DNA of 64,000 nucleotides. It comes from Alphaproteobacteria bacterium. GTDB lineage: Bacteria > Pseudomonadota > Alphaproteobacteria > UBA9219. Shown in pieces: positions 51,560 through 62,637 of this stretch. The notes under the pieces are model-generated. The model saw nothing but the letters and a program-made list of their open reading frames with translations, did not search any database and was not told the origin of the DNA. A program made the position numbers and the translations under genes. Position 1 is the first letter of the stretch. Every line of letters begins with the position of its first letter. The stretch is from contig JAMFSS010000009.1 of the NCBI GenBank assembly GCA_026225415.1, positions 192,062 to 256,061 on the forward strand, given 5' to 3'.

Positions 51560-51800
51560 CTGTTCCTTACCCATAAGCAGCGTTCTAACCATCATAGGGC
51601 ACGAAGGTTACAAATGAATTACCAACAATCAAGAAAAACACGATTCTTTTAACGAAAATCCGGCTTTCTTGCCGCCAAAACCGGTTTTTTACAAGAGAAC
51701 ACGATAGATAAAATACCCGATAAATTGCATCTTCGTTCTTATGCGGAAATGGTGGAAGTCGCATCGAACCTGTCGTATCTTGATTCCCTCTCTCTGATTC

Positions 51801-54800
51801 ATGCCTCGCGCTGCTCCGGTTTTCATGCGTAAAAATCTTTTCCTCGCCGCGTCTTTGGCGCTTACGGTTGGTGTCGCCGCGCAGGGGGGTGCCGTGTCCG
51901 CATGGGCTGCCGATGGGGCGACGAATGGCGCGTCCATCACTGTGCGCGCCGCAACGCATGAAGGCTATGACCGCGTGGTGTTCGACTGGCCGCGGTCGGT
52001 CGGATACAAATTGACCCGCGACGGCAATCTGGCGACGCTGACTTTCGATGCCGATGCCGATGTGAAATTTTCGCGCGATGTTCAGGCCTATCTGACCCGC
52101 GCGCGTGGTTTTGCGGCACACAGCGATAACGGGCATGTGGTCGTTTCTTTTACCGTCAATCCCACCGCAACGTTAAAAAGCTTTACCAGCGATAAATCGG
52201 TTGTGATCGATATTAATGGCAATCCCGCGCCGCAAGTTTCTGCCCCCCCGACACAGGCTGCGGCACCTGCCGCCACGCCTGACGTCACACCACCAGCGGC
52301 GGAAGCGCCCAAGAAAACAGAAACAAAAACCGATGCCGCAACGGCTGGGCCGCAAGCTTTAACACCGCCTTCGCCGATGCCCGTGGTGGCGGCCTCTGTG
52401 CCTGCGCCCACACCCGCCCCCAAAAAAATCGCGCCGCCAAAAAAATCCGAACTTCCCCCCGCCCCGCCAACACCCGCCGCTGTTGCGCCGCCTGCACCAA
52501 AACCCGCCGCACCTGTGGCGGCAACAACCACGCCTGCAATCGTCACACCACCACCTATTGCAGCAGCCACGACACCCCCGCCCAAAAAACTGGCGGCATC
52601 CAGCTTGCCCTTGGACAGCGCGCCCACGCTTGTCGCCTCGCTCGACCCGCATGTGGCGACACGCACCGCCATTTTCCAACGCGCCGATGTTGGCTATATC
52701 ATCTTCGACAAAAAACTGACGCTATCCGCCGCCGCTCTCGAAAACGGGATACCGGCGCAAATTGATTTGCAAGTTTTGGATATGCCGAAAAATTCGGGCT
52801 ATCGTTTCGCCGTACCGCCCAACAGCGATATGCAGGCGACGCTTAACGGCACGATGTGGAAAATTTTCCTGAGCAAGAAAAGCGGCAGCACGCCGGTAAC
52901 GACAGGTCTGGTGGCACAGCCGGATTTCGCCTTGGGCGCGCGCATTTTATTGCCCTTGCCCGATGCGCCCGACCCCATCCATTTTACCGATCCTGTCGTG
53001 GGCGATGACCTTATCCTGATCCCTTTGGCGCAAAGCGAAGCCTTTAACGCGCAACGCAATTTGTCGGATATCACCATTTTACCGGCGGCACAGGGTTTGG
53101 TGATCAAACCGCAAACCGATAAAATTATCGTCCGCGCCGTTTCCGACGGTATCGAAATCACCGCCGAAGGCGGGTTGCTTCTGTCGCGCGCGATGGATAC
53201 CGGCGCGTCGCAACAATCGACCACCAAGGCCAAAGCGGCGGCGGCGGGCAAATCGATGTTTGATTTTGCGACATGGGGCGGCAAGGTCACGGAGAATTTT
53301 TCGCAAACCCGCCAGCGTTTACAACAAACCATTGTCGATGTGCCGGATGCCGAACGCAACCGGGCGCGTCTGGAATTGGCGCGGTTTTATTTCGCCAGCG
53401 GTAATGGCGAAGAAGCTTTGGGGCTGTTGAATTATCTGGCGCAGCAAGTGCCGGATCTCCGCGCCCATGCCGATTTTATCGGCCTTGTCGGCGCGTCGGA
53501 AATTTTGTCTTACCGTTCCGATGAAGGGTTACGCGATTTGTCCTTACCCATACTTGCCGACCAACCGGAAACGGAATTATGGCAAGCAGTCGGTCTGGCG
53601 CAATTGCGCGAATGGAAGGAAGCCGAAGAAAAATTCGCCGTCCGCGAAACTATCCTGACCGGCTATCCCGAACCGTTTTTCTCGCGCTTTTTCGTGTTGG
53701 CGATCGAATCCGCGGTCGCGACCGACAAGGTGCATGAAGCCGCCGACTGGCTGGATTTCGTTTCCAACGCGCCGCATGACACGGAAATTGATCCGGCCTT
53801 GTCCTATCTGCGTGGCGCGTTGCATGCCAAAGCGGGACGCGCCGAAGCGGCAGAGTCGGCATGGAAAGAAACCATGGCTTCCAACGACCGTCTGTACAAA
53901 GTACGCGCCGAACTGGCGTTGATCGATCTGGGCGTTTCGACCGGCTCGTTGACCTCGGCACAGGCCGCCGACAGGCTGGAAGCGTTGCGTTTCGGTTGGC
54001 GCGGCGATGATCTGGAAGTCGATATTCTGCATCGTCTGGGGCAATTTTATATTCAGGCTAAAAATGTCAAAGCCGGCCTCAGCGCGATGTCGCAGGCGAT
54101 TACCCTCTATCCCGCCAGCCCGATGGCCCCGCAAATCCACACCGAAATGGAATCCGTTTTCCATGAAGTTTTTCTGGGCGCGCTCGGCAAAAAATTATCG
54201 CCGCTCGACAGCCTGACACTTTATCAACAATATCGCGATCTGATGCCCAGCGGTAAAGACGGCGACGCGGTCATGAATAATCTGGCCGAACGTTTGATCG
54301 CGATTGATCTGCTGGATCAGGCGGCGACCTTGTTGCAAGAACTCGCCAAAAACCGTTTGCAAGGCCCGGACAAAGATCATGTCGCCTTGCGTCTGGCGGC
54401 CATACGCCTGCTCAATCATCAACCCGATGAAGCTTTGTCGGCGCTTGATCTGACCACCACATCCTTGCCCGAAGCCTCACAAAACGAACGTGTGTTGTTG
54501 CGCGCCCGCGCTTTGTCCGAATTGCATAAAGACAGCGAAGCAGCGGCTTTGTTAAAAGACAATCCGACGCAGGGCGCCAAAATGTTGCGCGCCGATATCG
54601 CCATGCATGGCCAGCAATGGGCCGACGCCGCCAAAGCTTTGATGGAACTGGCAGGCCCGCCACCCGCCAGTGGCCGCGTGTTGAAACCCGAACAGGCCGA
54701 TTGGATTGTCAATGCCGCCATAGCCTATGCGTTGGACGGCAATCAACCCGGCCTTGACAGGTTGGCGATCGATTACAGCGCGGCCATGGCCACAACGCCG

Positions 54801-54971
54801 CAAAACGACACGTTCCGCCTTTTGACCGAACCCGAAAAAACCGGCCAGATGCGCGATCTGTCGGCGGCGCAATCGCAAATTTCACAAGTCGATATGTTCC
54901 AGGGCTTCTTGAATAATTACCGGAATGTGCCTGATGCCAATGCACCCGCCACGCCGCCCACCAAGCCATAG
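51801..54971 (+). CDS. Large exported TPR-like protein with Pro/Ala linker
   Basis: Signal peptide, HEGYDRVVFDW N-terminal domain, Pro-rich linker, helical repeats (LEALRFGWRGDDLE, DLLDQAA). Confidence 0.8.
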   Translation: MPRAAPVFMRKNLFLAASLALTVGVAAQGGAVSAWAADGATNGASITVRAATHEGYDRVVFDWPRSVGYKLTRDGNLATLTFDADADVKFSRDVQAYLTRARGFAAHSDNGHVVVSFTVNPTATLKSFTSDKSVVIDINGNPAPQVSAPPTQAAAPAATPDVTPPAAEAPKKTETKTDAATAGPQALTPPSPMPVVAASVPAPTPAPKKIAPPKKSELPPAPPTPAAVAPPAPKPAAPVAATTTPAIVTPPPIAAATTPPPKKLAASSLPLDSAPTLVASLDPHVATRTAIFQRADVGYIIFDKKLTLSAAALENGIPAQIDLQVLDMPKNSGYRFAVPPNSDMQATLNGTMWKIFLSKKSGSTPVTTGLVAQPDFALGARILLPLPDAPDPIHFTDPVVGDDLILIPLAQSEAFNAQRNLSDITILPAAQGLVIKPQTDKIIVRAVSDGIEITAEGGLLLSRAMDTGASQQSTTKAKAAAAGKSMFDFATWGGKVTENFSQTRQRLQQTIVDVPDAERNRARLELARFYFASGNGEEALGLLNYLAQQVPDLRAHADFIGLVGASEILSYRSDEGLRDLSLPILADQPETELWQAVGLAQLREWKEAEEKFAVRETILTGYPEPFFSRFFVLAIESAVATDKVHEAADWLDFVSNAPHDTEIDPALSYLRGALHAKAGRAEAAESAWKETMASNDRLYKVRAELALIDLGVSTGSLTSAQAADRLEALRFGWRGDDLEVDILHRLGQFYIQAKNVKAGLSAMSQAITLYPASPMAPQIHTEMESVFHEVFLGALGKKLSPLDSLTLYQQYRDLMPSGKDGDAVMNNLAERLIAIDLLDQAATLLQELAKNRLQGPDKDHVALRLAAIRLLNHQPDEALSALDLTTTSLPEASQNERVLLRARALSELHKDSEAAALLKDNPTQGAKMLRADIAMHGQQWADAAKALMELAGPPPASGRVLKPEQADWIVNAAIAYALDGNQPGLDRLAIDYSAAMATTPQNDTFRLLTEPEKTGQMRDLSAAQSQISQVDMFQGFLNNYRNVPDANAPATPPTKP

Positions 54972-57900
54972 ATGATGAACAAGCAACGCCTTCTTTACAG
55001 CCTGGTTCTGGTCACAATTTTATCGGGGCATCAGGCATGCGCACAGACCAAAGACAACGCGTTGCATGTCGTTAAAACCGATATCAATGCCGAGTCGGAA
55101 AATGCCGAACTTTGCGTGGAATTCGATAAGCCACTCGCGCCCGCATCACCGGCGCATCTGGCTTCGGCTTTGCATCTGGAAAGCGACGGCAAGGCTGTTG
55201 CCATTCCGTCGATTGCCGCAGCCGGAACATCCCTGTGCGTTTTTCCGCTGGCGCGCGGCACACAATATCATCTGACGCTTTCCGGTTTGCGCGGATCAGA
55301 TGATGAAAGGCTGGACGAAAGTTACAAAACAACATTCACCATTCCCGACCACACCGCGACCCTCAGTTTTACCGGTGCCAATGGCGGCGTGAACGGGTTT
55401 GATTTTTACGACACGCCTTTGACGCTCCGCGCCGTTAATGTGCCGCATGTCAAAATCGACATTTACCGCGTCAGCGATGCGCCAAGTCTGGCGCGCGCCT
55501 GGATCGACCGCGCCCAAACCGCATTGGCGCCGACCGAAAGCGCCTATCTGGCTCATGACAAAGGGCAAGCCGTCTGGCATGGCGATGTGCAGTTTGACGT
55601 TACCGCCAATACAACCAGCACCCAGCAAATCGCGTTGCGCGACAAAGCGCCCGATCTTGCGCCCGGCCTATATCTCATTGTCGCGGATGCCGAAAATCAC
55701 GACGCCTCCAAACCTGCCAGCAAAGGTCTGGCGCCCTTGGCCGCCGCGTGGTTTACGCGTGCCGATTTTTCCATGCAGGCGCTCCGCGACGATAAAAATC
55801 TTCATGTCTTTGTCACGCGCAACGACAACGCGGCCAAAGACGATATCATTGTAAATGCCATCAACAGCAAAGGCGAACCAATCGCCACCGGTAAAATCAC
55901 CGGTGACGCCAATACCGACGTGATCACCTTACCTGCCGCGGTGGATTCGGGCGATGCCGTCAGCCTGATCGGCACCGATTCCAAAGGCGGCATCGGTTTC
56001 GCCGACAGCGATAAAATGCCTTTGCCCAAAACACCGGAAGCGTTGGGCACCATCCATGCCGCGTCGGATTTTGTCGCCCCGTTTGACAATATCGAAACCG
56101 GCCTTTCTCTGGCCGCCGCCGATAGCGGCCCCAAAGCCAATGAAGCCAGCCTGTTGCGCCTGACGCAAAAAGAAAGTGATTACGCGACGATAGCGGTGCC
56201 GCCGCTTGCGCCGACAAACATACGCCTGTCTTTTGCCGCGCCCGCCACCCAAGGGTTATGGGCGATGCGTTGGCAAAAAAATGACGGCACGATGCTGGCC
56301 ACCAAAGACATCCATATTTCCGACAATGCCGATCTGCCGCATTTGGAAGTTACCTCGCATCGCGATGCGTTGGGCAGCGACGGCGTGTGGCCGGTGACCA
56401 TCCGTTCCGTGACACAGGCGGGGCAGGCAGCGCCTTTGATCGGCGGTCATGTGTCGCTTGTCTGGCAGAAAATGGATACGGCCTCGTTGGGGTGGAAAGA
56501 TTATGTTTTCGGCACTGTGTCCGATGTCGCCGAAACGCCGGTGCCAGTTGGCGATTTCATCACCGATTTGCAGGGAATGGCGCAGCTTCATCTGGCATTG
56601 CCCGCGCACCCCACCGATCATGGTTTGTATCAGGCCAAACTGCGCGTAACGGCGGATGCCGATACCGGCGTTGGCTGCGCCGCGCCTGTCATTCTTCCGC
56701 TGCGCCCCGACGCCACAATTATCGGCATCAAGGCATTGACGACCGCAGCGCGTTTCCCGCAAAACGGCATTGCCCGTTTCGCCCTGATCGGCATTGATTC
56801 CGACGACAAGCCGCATGATGTCGGCAATCTGTCTTATCAGCTGTATGAAGAAGGCCGCAGCTTCAGCTGGTTTCAGGATGAAGGAAAATGGAATTATAAA
56901 CAGGCGGCGCAATTGCGCCCCATCGGCGGCGGCGCGTTGGCGATTAAAGCCGATGGCAGCAGCATTTTGGAATGGCCGGTTACCGCAGGCAATTACCGTT
57001 TGGAAATTCTTGACCCGAACGGCAAGACCCTTGCGCAGACTTCGTTCAGCGCGGGATGGGATTCAACCGGCGCAAGTGCGGTGGCGGCGTTGCCGTTGGA
57101 TATTGCATTGCCCAAAATTTTATTGCCCAATCACGAAGCGGCCGCGCGCAGTGTTTTACCCGAAGCGTCGATGGTCACATTTGTCGTGGGCGACGGGCAT
57201 ATCCGCAAAACTATTCATGAATACCGCGCCAAGGGCGACAATAATTTCACGTTTGTTCCGGCATCGGACTGGCAGGAAAATATTACCGTCAGCCTGGCCG
57301 CCCAACCGATCAGCAACCCCGCCTTGCAACGCGCGGCCACGGGCGAAGCTTTGTTGACGCAAAACAGGCAGGCGATTGACAACACAGCGGCGACATTATC
57401 GTTGATTGCCAGTGACGATCCCGCCGCGCTGGTGCTGCATAAAGGCGGGTCGGGGCTTTTATCATTTGCCCTTGTCAATAACGGCACCGACACGGAAACC
57501 TATCATTACAATTTCGGGTTATCGGCGGGGTTGAAAGCCGAGAGCGAAGACAAGGGCAGCCTGACAATTGCCGCCGGCCAAAGCAAACCGCTATCCCTTG
57601 CGTTATCCGCCAACCAGACCGGCGTGAAGGAAATCAGGCTCGATATCACCGGCTCGCGCGCATCGCATATCAGCCGCAGCTGGCCGCTCAGCGTCGCGTT
57701 GAACAACAGCGAATTAAAAAGCGTTTCGACAAAAAATGTGGAAGGCAAACAAATCCTGTTTTCTGCGCCCGCCAAACAGGATGCCGCCGAAACTTTGATG
57801 TTTGTATCGCGCCGCCCGATGGATGGGTTGGCGGAAATTTTGTCTTTTGCGGTTCATGCGCAGCCCTTCACCACCACCCGTCTGGCATCCAATCTTGAAG

Positions 57901-59102
57901 CGTTACGTTTGTGGCGCGGCGTGATTGCGGAAACGGGTTTGATGCATGATTTTGCGGTCGATGCGAAACGCCGCGCCTTGTTTATCCAGATGTTACGCCA
58001 CCAAAACACCGATGGCGGTTTTGCCCCCTATCGCGGCACCGACAGCACATTAACCGATACGGCAGCCGCATTAACTGCATTGGGCAAAGAAACATCCCCG
58101 CAAACCGATGCCGCCAAAAAACTGGCCATCACCTATATCCAGCAAAGGCTGGCCAACACCTGGGTCGATGAAACGGAACGCGCGCCGCGGGCATACGCCT
58201 ATGCCGCGTTGGCGGCGGCCGATGCCGTCGATATAGCGTCTTTGCATTATTTTTCGGACACCAGCGCGACATTGCCCCTGCCCGCAATAGCGGAAGCGCA
58301 TATCGCGGCGGCGTTCAAGCAAGTGCGCGACCCGAATGCGGCGGCGTTCTGGATCAAGAAAATGCTCGATGAAAATCCGGGGCAAAAGAATATCGAATTG
58401 CTGAATGCGCTGGCCGACACCGATGCGTTATCTTCCGATGATGTGCATGCGGCCATGCTTGCGATGAAAAATGATTTGCAGAAAAATATCGATGTCCCGT
58501 CGCATGATGCCGCATTACTATTGCGGGCAATTGCCGCCGATAACATTGACGCTGGCAAGGCACATTGGACGGCGGGCAATGAAAGCCACGATATAAACAA
58601 TGTCGGCGTGATACGGGGCGCAGGCGAAACGCTGGCCAGTTACCGCAATGGCGATGCGACGTCTTTGTCGATGACACTTATCGGCGAAGAAACCAAAACG
58701 CTGGCCGCGCCCACGAACATCACGCGCCATATTTATCGCCTGAATGGTGTTGAAATTGCGCCGCCTGCCCGTCTTGTGCGCGGCGAAAATTATATTGTCG
58801 AACTTAAGGGAACCTATCCCGTGACCGATATCCAAATGTTGGTGCAGGATACCGGCATGCGCCCCATGGGCTGCCCGTTATCGGCGCGCACCAACATTTT
58901 GTCTTTCATGCCGTGGCTTGACACGCATGGGTTGACCGACAGCGTCACCTGCGAATTTACGCATCACGAAATGAATATCTTGCTGCCCGCGTCGGACACC
59001 AAGGATGCCGGTTTTTCAACCGTGTATTTCGCGCATAGCGATGAAACAGGTTTGGGCAATTTGCCGCCGCCGCGTTTACGGGCTTTGAAATCAGTTAATT
59101 GA
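54972..59102 (+). CDS. Alpha-2-macroglobulin-like protein lacking the thioester motif
   Basis: LCVEF N-terminus, PGLYL, WKDYVFG, IIGIK, LEWPV..G.YRLE, QNTDGGF; QPFTTTR in place of the CxEQ motif. Confidence 0.75.
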   Translation: MMNKQRLLYSLVLVTILSGHQACAQTKDNALHVVKTDINAESENAELCVEFDKPLAPASPAHLASALHLESDGKAVAIPSIAAAGTSLCVFPLARGTQYHLTLSGLRGSDDERLDESYKTTFTIPDHTATLSFTGANGGVNGFDFYDTPLTLRAVNVPHVKIDIYRVSDAPSLARAWIDRAQTALAPTESAYLAHDKGQAVWHGDVQFDVTANTTSTQQIALRDKAPDLAPGLYLIVADAENHDASKPASKGLAPLAAAWFTRADFSMQALRDDKNLHVFVTRNDNAAKDDIIVNAINSKGEPIATGKITGDANTDVITLPAAVDSGDAVSLIGTDSKGGIGFADSDKMPLPKTPEALGTIHAASDFVAPFDNIETGLSLAAADSGPKANEASLLRLTQKESDYATIAVPPLAPTNIRLSFAAPATQGLWAMRWQKNDGTMLATKDIHISDNADLPHLEVTSHRDALGSDGVWPVTIRSVTQAGQAAPLIGGHVSLVWQKMDTASLGWKDYVFGTVSDVAETPVPVGDFITDLQGMAQLHLALPAHPTDHGLYQAKLRVTADADTGVGCAAPVILPLRPDATIIGIKALTTAARFPQNGIARFALIGIDSDDKPHDVGNLSYQLYEEGRSFSWFQDEGKWNYKQAAQLRPIGGGALAIKADGSSILEWPVTAGNYRLEILDPNGKTLAQTSFSAGWDSTGASAVAALPLDIALPKILLPNHEAAARSVLPEASMVTFVVGDGHIRKTIHEYRAKGDNNFTFVPASDWQENITVSLAAQPISNPALQRAATGEALLTQNRQAIDNTAATLSLIASDDPAALVLHKGGSGLLSFALVNNGTDTETYHYNFGLSAGLKAESEDKGSLTIAAGQSKPLSLALSANQTGVKEIRLDITGSRASHISRSWPLSVALNNSELKSVSTKNVEGKQILFSAPAKQDAAETLMFVSRRPMDGLAEILSFAVHAQPFTTTRLASNLEALRLWRGVIAETGLMHDFAVDAKRRALFIQMLRHQNTDGGFAPYRGTDSTLTDTAAALTALGKETSPQTDAAKKLAITYIQQRLANTWVDETERAPRAYAYAALAAADAVDIASLHYFSDTSATLPLPAIAEAHIAAAFKQVRDPNAAAFWIKKMLDENPGQKNIELLNALADTDALSSDDVHAAMLAMKNDLQKNIDVPSHDAALLLRAIAADNIDAGKAHWTAGNESHDINNVGVIRGAGETLASYRNGDATSLSMTLIGEETKTLAAPTNITRHIYRLNGVEIAPPARLVRGENYIVELKGTYPVTDIQMLVQDTGMRPMGCPLSARTNILSFMPWLDTHGLTDSVTCEFTHHEMNILLPASDTKDAGFSTVYFAHSDETGLGNLPPPRLRALKSVN

Positions 59103-59610
59103 GGATTTCGATTGCTGTCGCTTCCCTACCTTTGTTGGCGGTCTGCACCGACATCCTGACCTTCTGGCCGGAATCAAGGCTTTCGGCACCGGCACGCAAA
59201 ACAATCGTGCGATGCACGAACACATCGCGCCCGCCATCATCGGGCGTGACGAAACCAAAACCTTTATCGGGTTTGAACCATTTAACCACGCCGGTCAGTT
59301 CTTCTTCGGGGCCGGTCGGCGATGCACGATGCGTGTTGGGCGATGAGGGAATTTCGCCCATCCCCAACACTTGAACGATGCTGAGAACCTGCCGGCCTTT
59401 GGCGCCGTCGCTGATCGTCACCAATAATTTGGTGCCTTCCGCCACATCGCGCAATCCTGCGCGGCTGACAACGGAAGAATGGATAAAGGCGTCGGCAGAG
59501 CCATCGGCGGGGGCGACGAAACCGAAACCTTTTGTCAGATTGAACCATTTCACAATGGCTTCGGTCTGAAAACCCTGATCGGGCGCGGGGGACATATCAA
59601 AGGAAGACAA
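59095..59610 (-). CDS. Two-domain cold-shock protein
   Basis: Two VKWF...KGFGFV / (A/V)F(I/V)H cold-shock domains; TTG start after GAGG. Confidence 0.93.
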   Translation of the reverse strand: MSSFDMSPAPDQGFQTEAIVKWFNLTKGFGFVAPADGSADAFIHSSVVSRAGLRDVAEGTKLLVTISDGAKGRQVLSIVQVLGMGEIPSSPNTHRASPTGPEEELTGVVKWFKPDKGFGFVTPDDGGRDVFVHRTIVLRAGAESLDSGQKVRMSVQTANKGREATAIEILN

Positions 59611-59661
59611 GGGGTGACCTCATGCAAACACTGATAGGCAAGAACATAACAGATGCGTAAT

Positions 59662-59677
59662 GTTAATATTTTTTTAA
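59662..59677 (-). promoter_or_regulatory. CtrA-type binding box
   Basis: Perfect TTAA-N7-TTAAC on the minus strand between divergent genes. Confidence 0.55.
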
Positions 59678-59756
59678 GAACCGCACAACAGTCAAGTTCA
59701 GACTTTATTAGTCAGTTTGGGATTATAATTTAAGGGTTGATTCAGAATGGTTTTCT

Positions 59757-60587
59757 ATGCGCATCGGCGGGAAAAAAGATAATTATATCAAACACAATGC
59801 CGGTCTTGCGGCGTTGCTGGCTTTGTTTGCCCTGGGGTCTGTGCCCGCCATGGCCGCCGAGGATCCGTTTGATATGGAGGGCGGCCATTGGATGTCGTTC
59901 GACCATTACAAGGATGCCGATACCCGCGGCATGTTGCCCCCCGTTAAAGCGCCCGAGACCGCCGATGTTTCGGCAAGCGATGCGACGGCCTCCGTTAACG
60001 CGCCAACGCTGGCCGCACCCACTGTGGCCGCACCGGCCCGCCCGATTGATTTGCCGGTGATGCCCGGATTGAACAAAGGTTTCAGCGTTCAGGTCAATTC
60101 GACCATCGAGGAACAGCCCGCGTCTTCTGCACCCCCTGTTGATGTGGAAAAAACGGCGCCCGTTTCGGACAAAAACTGGCAATCGCCCGCATCGGTGCAG
60201 ACGGTCAGAAAAGCCGATGATGAAGGCGGCGAAGATGTGCCGTTGAATGTGCGGTTAAGTTATCTGCCTGATCACAGGATCACGCCGATTGCATCGCCCG
60301 ACCGCGAGTCGGCATTGAAGTTGGGTCACGTCGCGTTGGAAAAATTATTGGCGGCAAAGGCAGCCGCGAAGACGCCCGGGGAAACCGCCGCCTGTGCCGC
60401 GATTGATGCGCATAAGAAACAGGAACTTGCGGCGATACAAAGCGACCGCGAGACATTGAAGGCGTTGCAGGACGCCATTCATTCACTGGGGTTGGATAGG
60501 CAGTTGGATTTCATGCAAGGCGGCAATAACAGCGCCTTGAATGTCACAGGCAAACAGGACGCGCCGACCACAACCAGCGTAAGATAA
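59757..60587 (+). CDS. Exported hypothetical protein
   Basis: Signal peptide ending AMA-A; Pro/Ala-rich middle; C-terminal coiled coil. Confidence 0.7.
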   Translation: MRIGGKKDNYIKHNAGLAALLALFALGSVPAMAAEDPFDMEGGHWMSFDHYKDADTRGMLPPVKAPETADVSASDATASVNAPTLAAPTVAAPARPIDLPVMPGLNKGFSVQVNSTIEEQPASSAPPVDVEKTAPVSDKNWQSPASVQTVRKADDEGGEDVPLNVRLSYLPDHRITPIASPDRESALKLGHVALEKLLAAKAAAKTPGETAACAAIDAHKKQELAAIQSDRETLKALQDAIHSLGLDRQLDFMQGGNNSALNVTGKQDAPTTTSVR

Positions 60588-60657
60588 TCGCGCAAAAAAA
60601 CCGCGTCATCCAAAGATGCGCGGCAAAAAAAAATCCAAAAAACTTAGGCGCCAAAAC

Positions 60658-61002
60658 TTAGGCGGTTGTGTCGGCAGAAACGGCGGAAGGTTTACGCGTA
60701 CCGTCACGCTCCAGACCGTTGCGCAAATAGGCAACCGTGATCGCATTAGGCGATTGCAGCAAAACTTCTTTGCCATCGACGCTTAGATATTGCGTGATAA
60801 CGCCCGCCGAAGGATCTTGCAAAATGCGCGGCGTATGGAACGCAGGCAAGCCCGAGGTGGAAGACGAGGCGGATGAATTGGACGATGTGTTGGCGGCGTT
60901 GTTCGTGTTGGTTGCGGAAGACGCCGACGATGTAGACGCAGAAATAACCGCGGCGTTTACGCTGCTGATTGTCGAAGTTATGCTGCCTACGGCACTTGTC
61001 AC
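60658..61002 (-). CDS. Ser-rich small protein, possibly FlaG-like
   Basis: GTG after AGGAGAG; S/T/N-rich N-terminus, then QDPSAGVITQY...GKEVLLQSP. Confidence 0.55.
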   Translation of the reverse strand: MTSAVGSITSTISSVNAAVISASTSSASSATNTNNAANTSSNSSASSSTSGLPAFHTPRILQDPSAGVITQYLSVDGKEVLLQSPNAITVAYLRNGLERDGTRKPSAVSADTTA

Positions 61003-61257
61003 AACACTCTCTCCTGCTACAACGCTTTTTCTGCTATAACCTTATACGGGCTGAACCCGATATAGATACAATACACACATATTGTATGATTCGACTATAC
61101 CCTAAAAAAGAGCGCTTGACAAGAAAAAAACGACTGCCTTGCGTCAACAGATTACCGTTAATCAATTGATTTCCATCGTATTTTTTAAGATAAATAAACC
61201 TGTCTTAACGCCTTTTTATTGGGTCGCGCGGCCCAACCAACTGAAATACAATGTTCT

Positions 61258-62481
61258 TTAGTCCTTTTGGGGGAATGATTTGATTAACGCCGCCAGCCTG
61301 CCAATGCCTTCAGCAATGATTGCGGGCTCATTGAGCGAAAAACTGAGCCGCAGCGTATTCACCCCCGAACGGTCGGGGTAAAAGGCCGCCCCCGGCACAA
61401 AGGCGATGCGGGCTTTTTCAATCGCCTGTTTCAGCAATTCGCCCGCATCGATGGCGGGGGGCAACGTGACCCAGACAAACATGCCGCCCTGCGGTTTGGT
61501 CCATGTGACTGTCTCTGGCATATGATGTTCCAAAGCCGCCAGCATCGCATCGCGGCGTTGGCGGTAGACGCCGCGAATTTTGGCGGCGTGGGTGTCGATA
61601 AGCGCGGAGGCCACATCATACATGATCATCTGATTGAGCGACGAGACATGCAGCGATGAGGCCTGATTGATTAGCACCAGTTTTTCGATAATTTTTTTCG
61701 GCGCGACAATCCAGCCGATGCGCAAAGCGGGTGCGATGGATTTGGAAAAAGTGCCACAATAAATCACCCGCGTGTTATCAATGCCGCCCGCGCGTTGTGC
61801 CGCCAGCGCGATAAGCGAAGGGACAGCCTCGCCATCATAACGCAGACATTCATAGGCATTGTCTTCGATGATTGGCAGATCAAGCGCGTCGGACAGATCG
61901 AGCAGCGATTGGCGTTCGGCCAGATCGAGGCTGGTGCCGGTCGGGTTTTGAAATTCCGGCATGACATAGGCGAAAGACGTTTTATTGGCATAGAGGCCTG
62001 CGTCGCGTTTATTCTGCGCATCGGGTAACGCGGCATAGACGGGTTCATAGGCATTAAAAGCCTGCAACGCACCCAGATAGGTTGGGTGTGCTGTCAAAAT
62101 AGTATCGCCCGCATTGATGAAAAGCTTGCCGAGGAAATCGAGCGCCTGTTGCGAGCCGTTGGTGATGAGAATGTTATCGGCATCGCATACCAAACCGCGC
62201 CGCCCCATATAGGCGCTCAGCCATTCGCGTAGGGGCAGATAGCCTTCGCTGATGGAATATTGCAAAGCCTGAATGGCGCGGAAGGGGTCGGACAAAATCG
62301 CGTGGCTGGCCGCCGCAATTTCGGTAACGGGAAAAAGTTCGGGATCAGGGATACCCCCGGCAAAAGAGATGATATCGGGTTGCGCCAGTAATTTCAGAAG
62401 TTCGCGTATTTCCGACGCGCGCATTTTCTGGGCGCGGGTGGCGAAATGGGAAGACCAGTCGATGGGGGTAGAGAGCGCCAT
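61258..62481 (-). CDS. PLP-dependent class I/II aminotransferase
   Basis: ISFAGGIP, GSQQALD, FQNPTG, EDNAY, TFSKSIAPALRIGW. Confidence 0.95.
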   Translation of the reverse strand: MALSTPIDWSSHFATRAQKMRASEIRELLKLLAQPDIISFAGGIPDPELFPVTEIAAASHAILSDPFRAIQALQYSISEGYLPLREWLSAYMGRRGLVCDADNILITNGSQQALDFLGKLFINAGDTILTAHPTYLGALQAFNAYEPVYAALPDAQNKRDAGLYANKTSFAYVMPEFQNPTGTSLDLAERQSLLDLSDALDLPIIEDNAYECLRYDGEAVPSLIALAAQRAGGIDNTRVIYCGTFSKSIAPALRIGWIVAPKKIIEKLVLINQASSLHVSSLNQMIMYDVASALIDTHAAKIRGVYRQRRDAMLAALEHHMPETVTWTKPQGGMFVWVTLPPAIDAGELLKQAIEKARIAFVPGAAFYPDRSGVNTLRLSFSLNEPAIIAEGIGRLAALIKSFPQKD

Positions 62482-62637
62482 TATGTGACCTTATTCATCT
62501 TGCAAGAAACAGGGGTTGCGGCAGTGATTGCGTTTAGCCTTTATGGCATATAGATTGTTGGCAAGCATTTCAACCAAAGCCCATATTGCGTTGCATATAT
62601 TTTTAACCAAGCGCGCAACCTACGGATGAGACACGGC

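Noticed and set aside
52230..52600. Pro/Ala-rich stretch as a DNA repeat element
   Set aside because: Low-complexity protein linker without a fixed nucleotide unit
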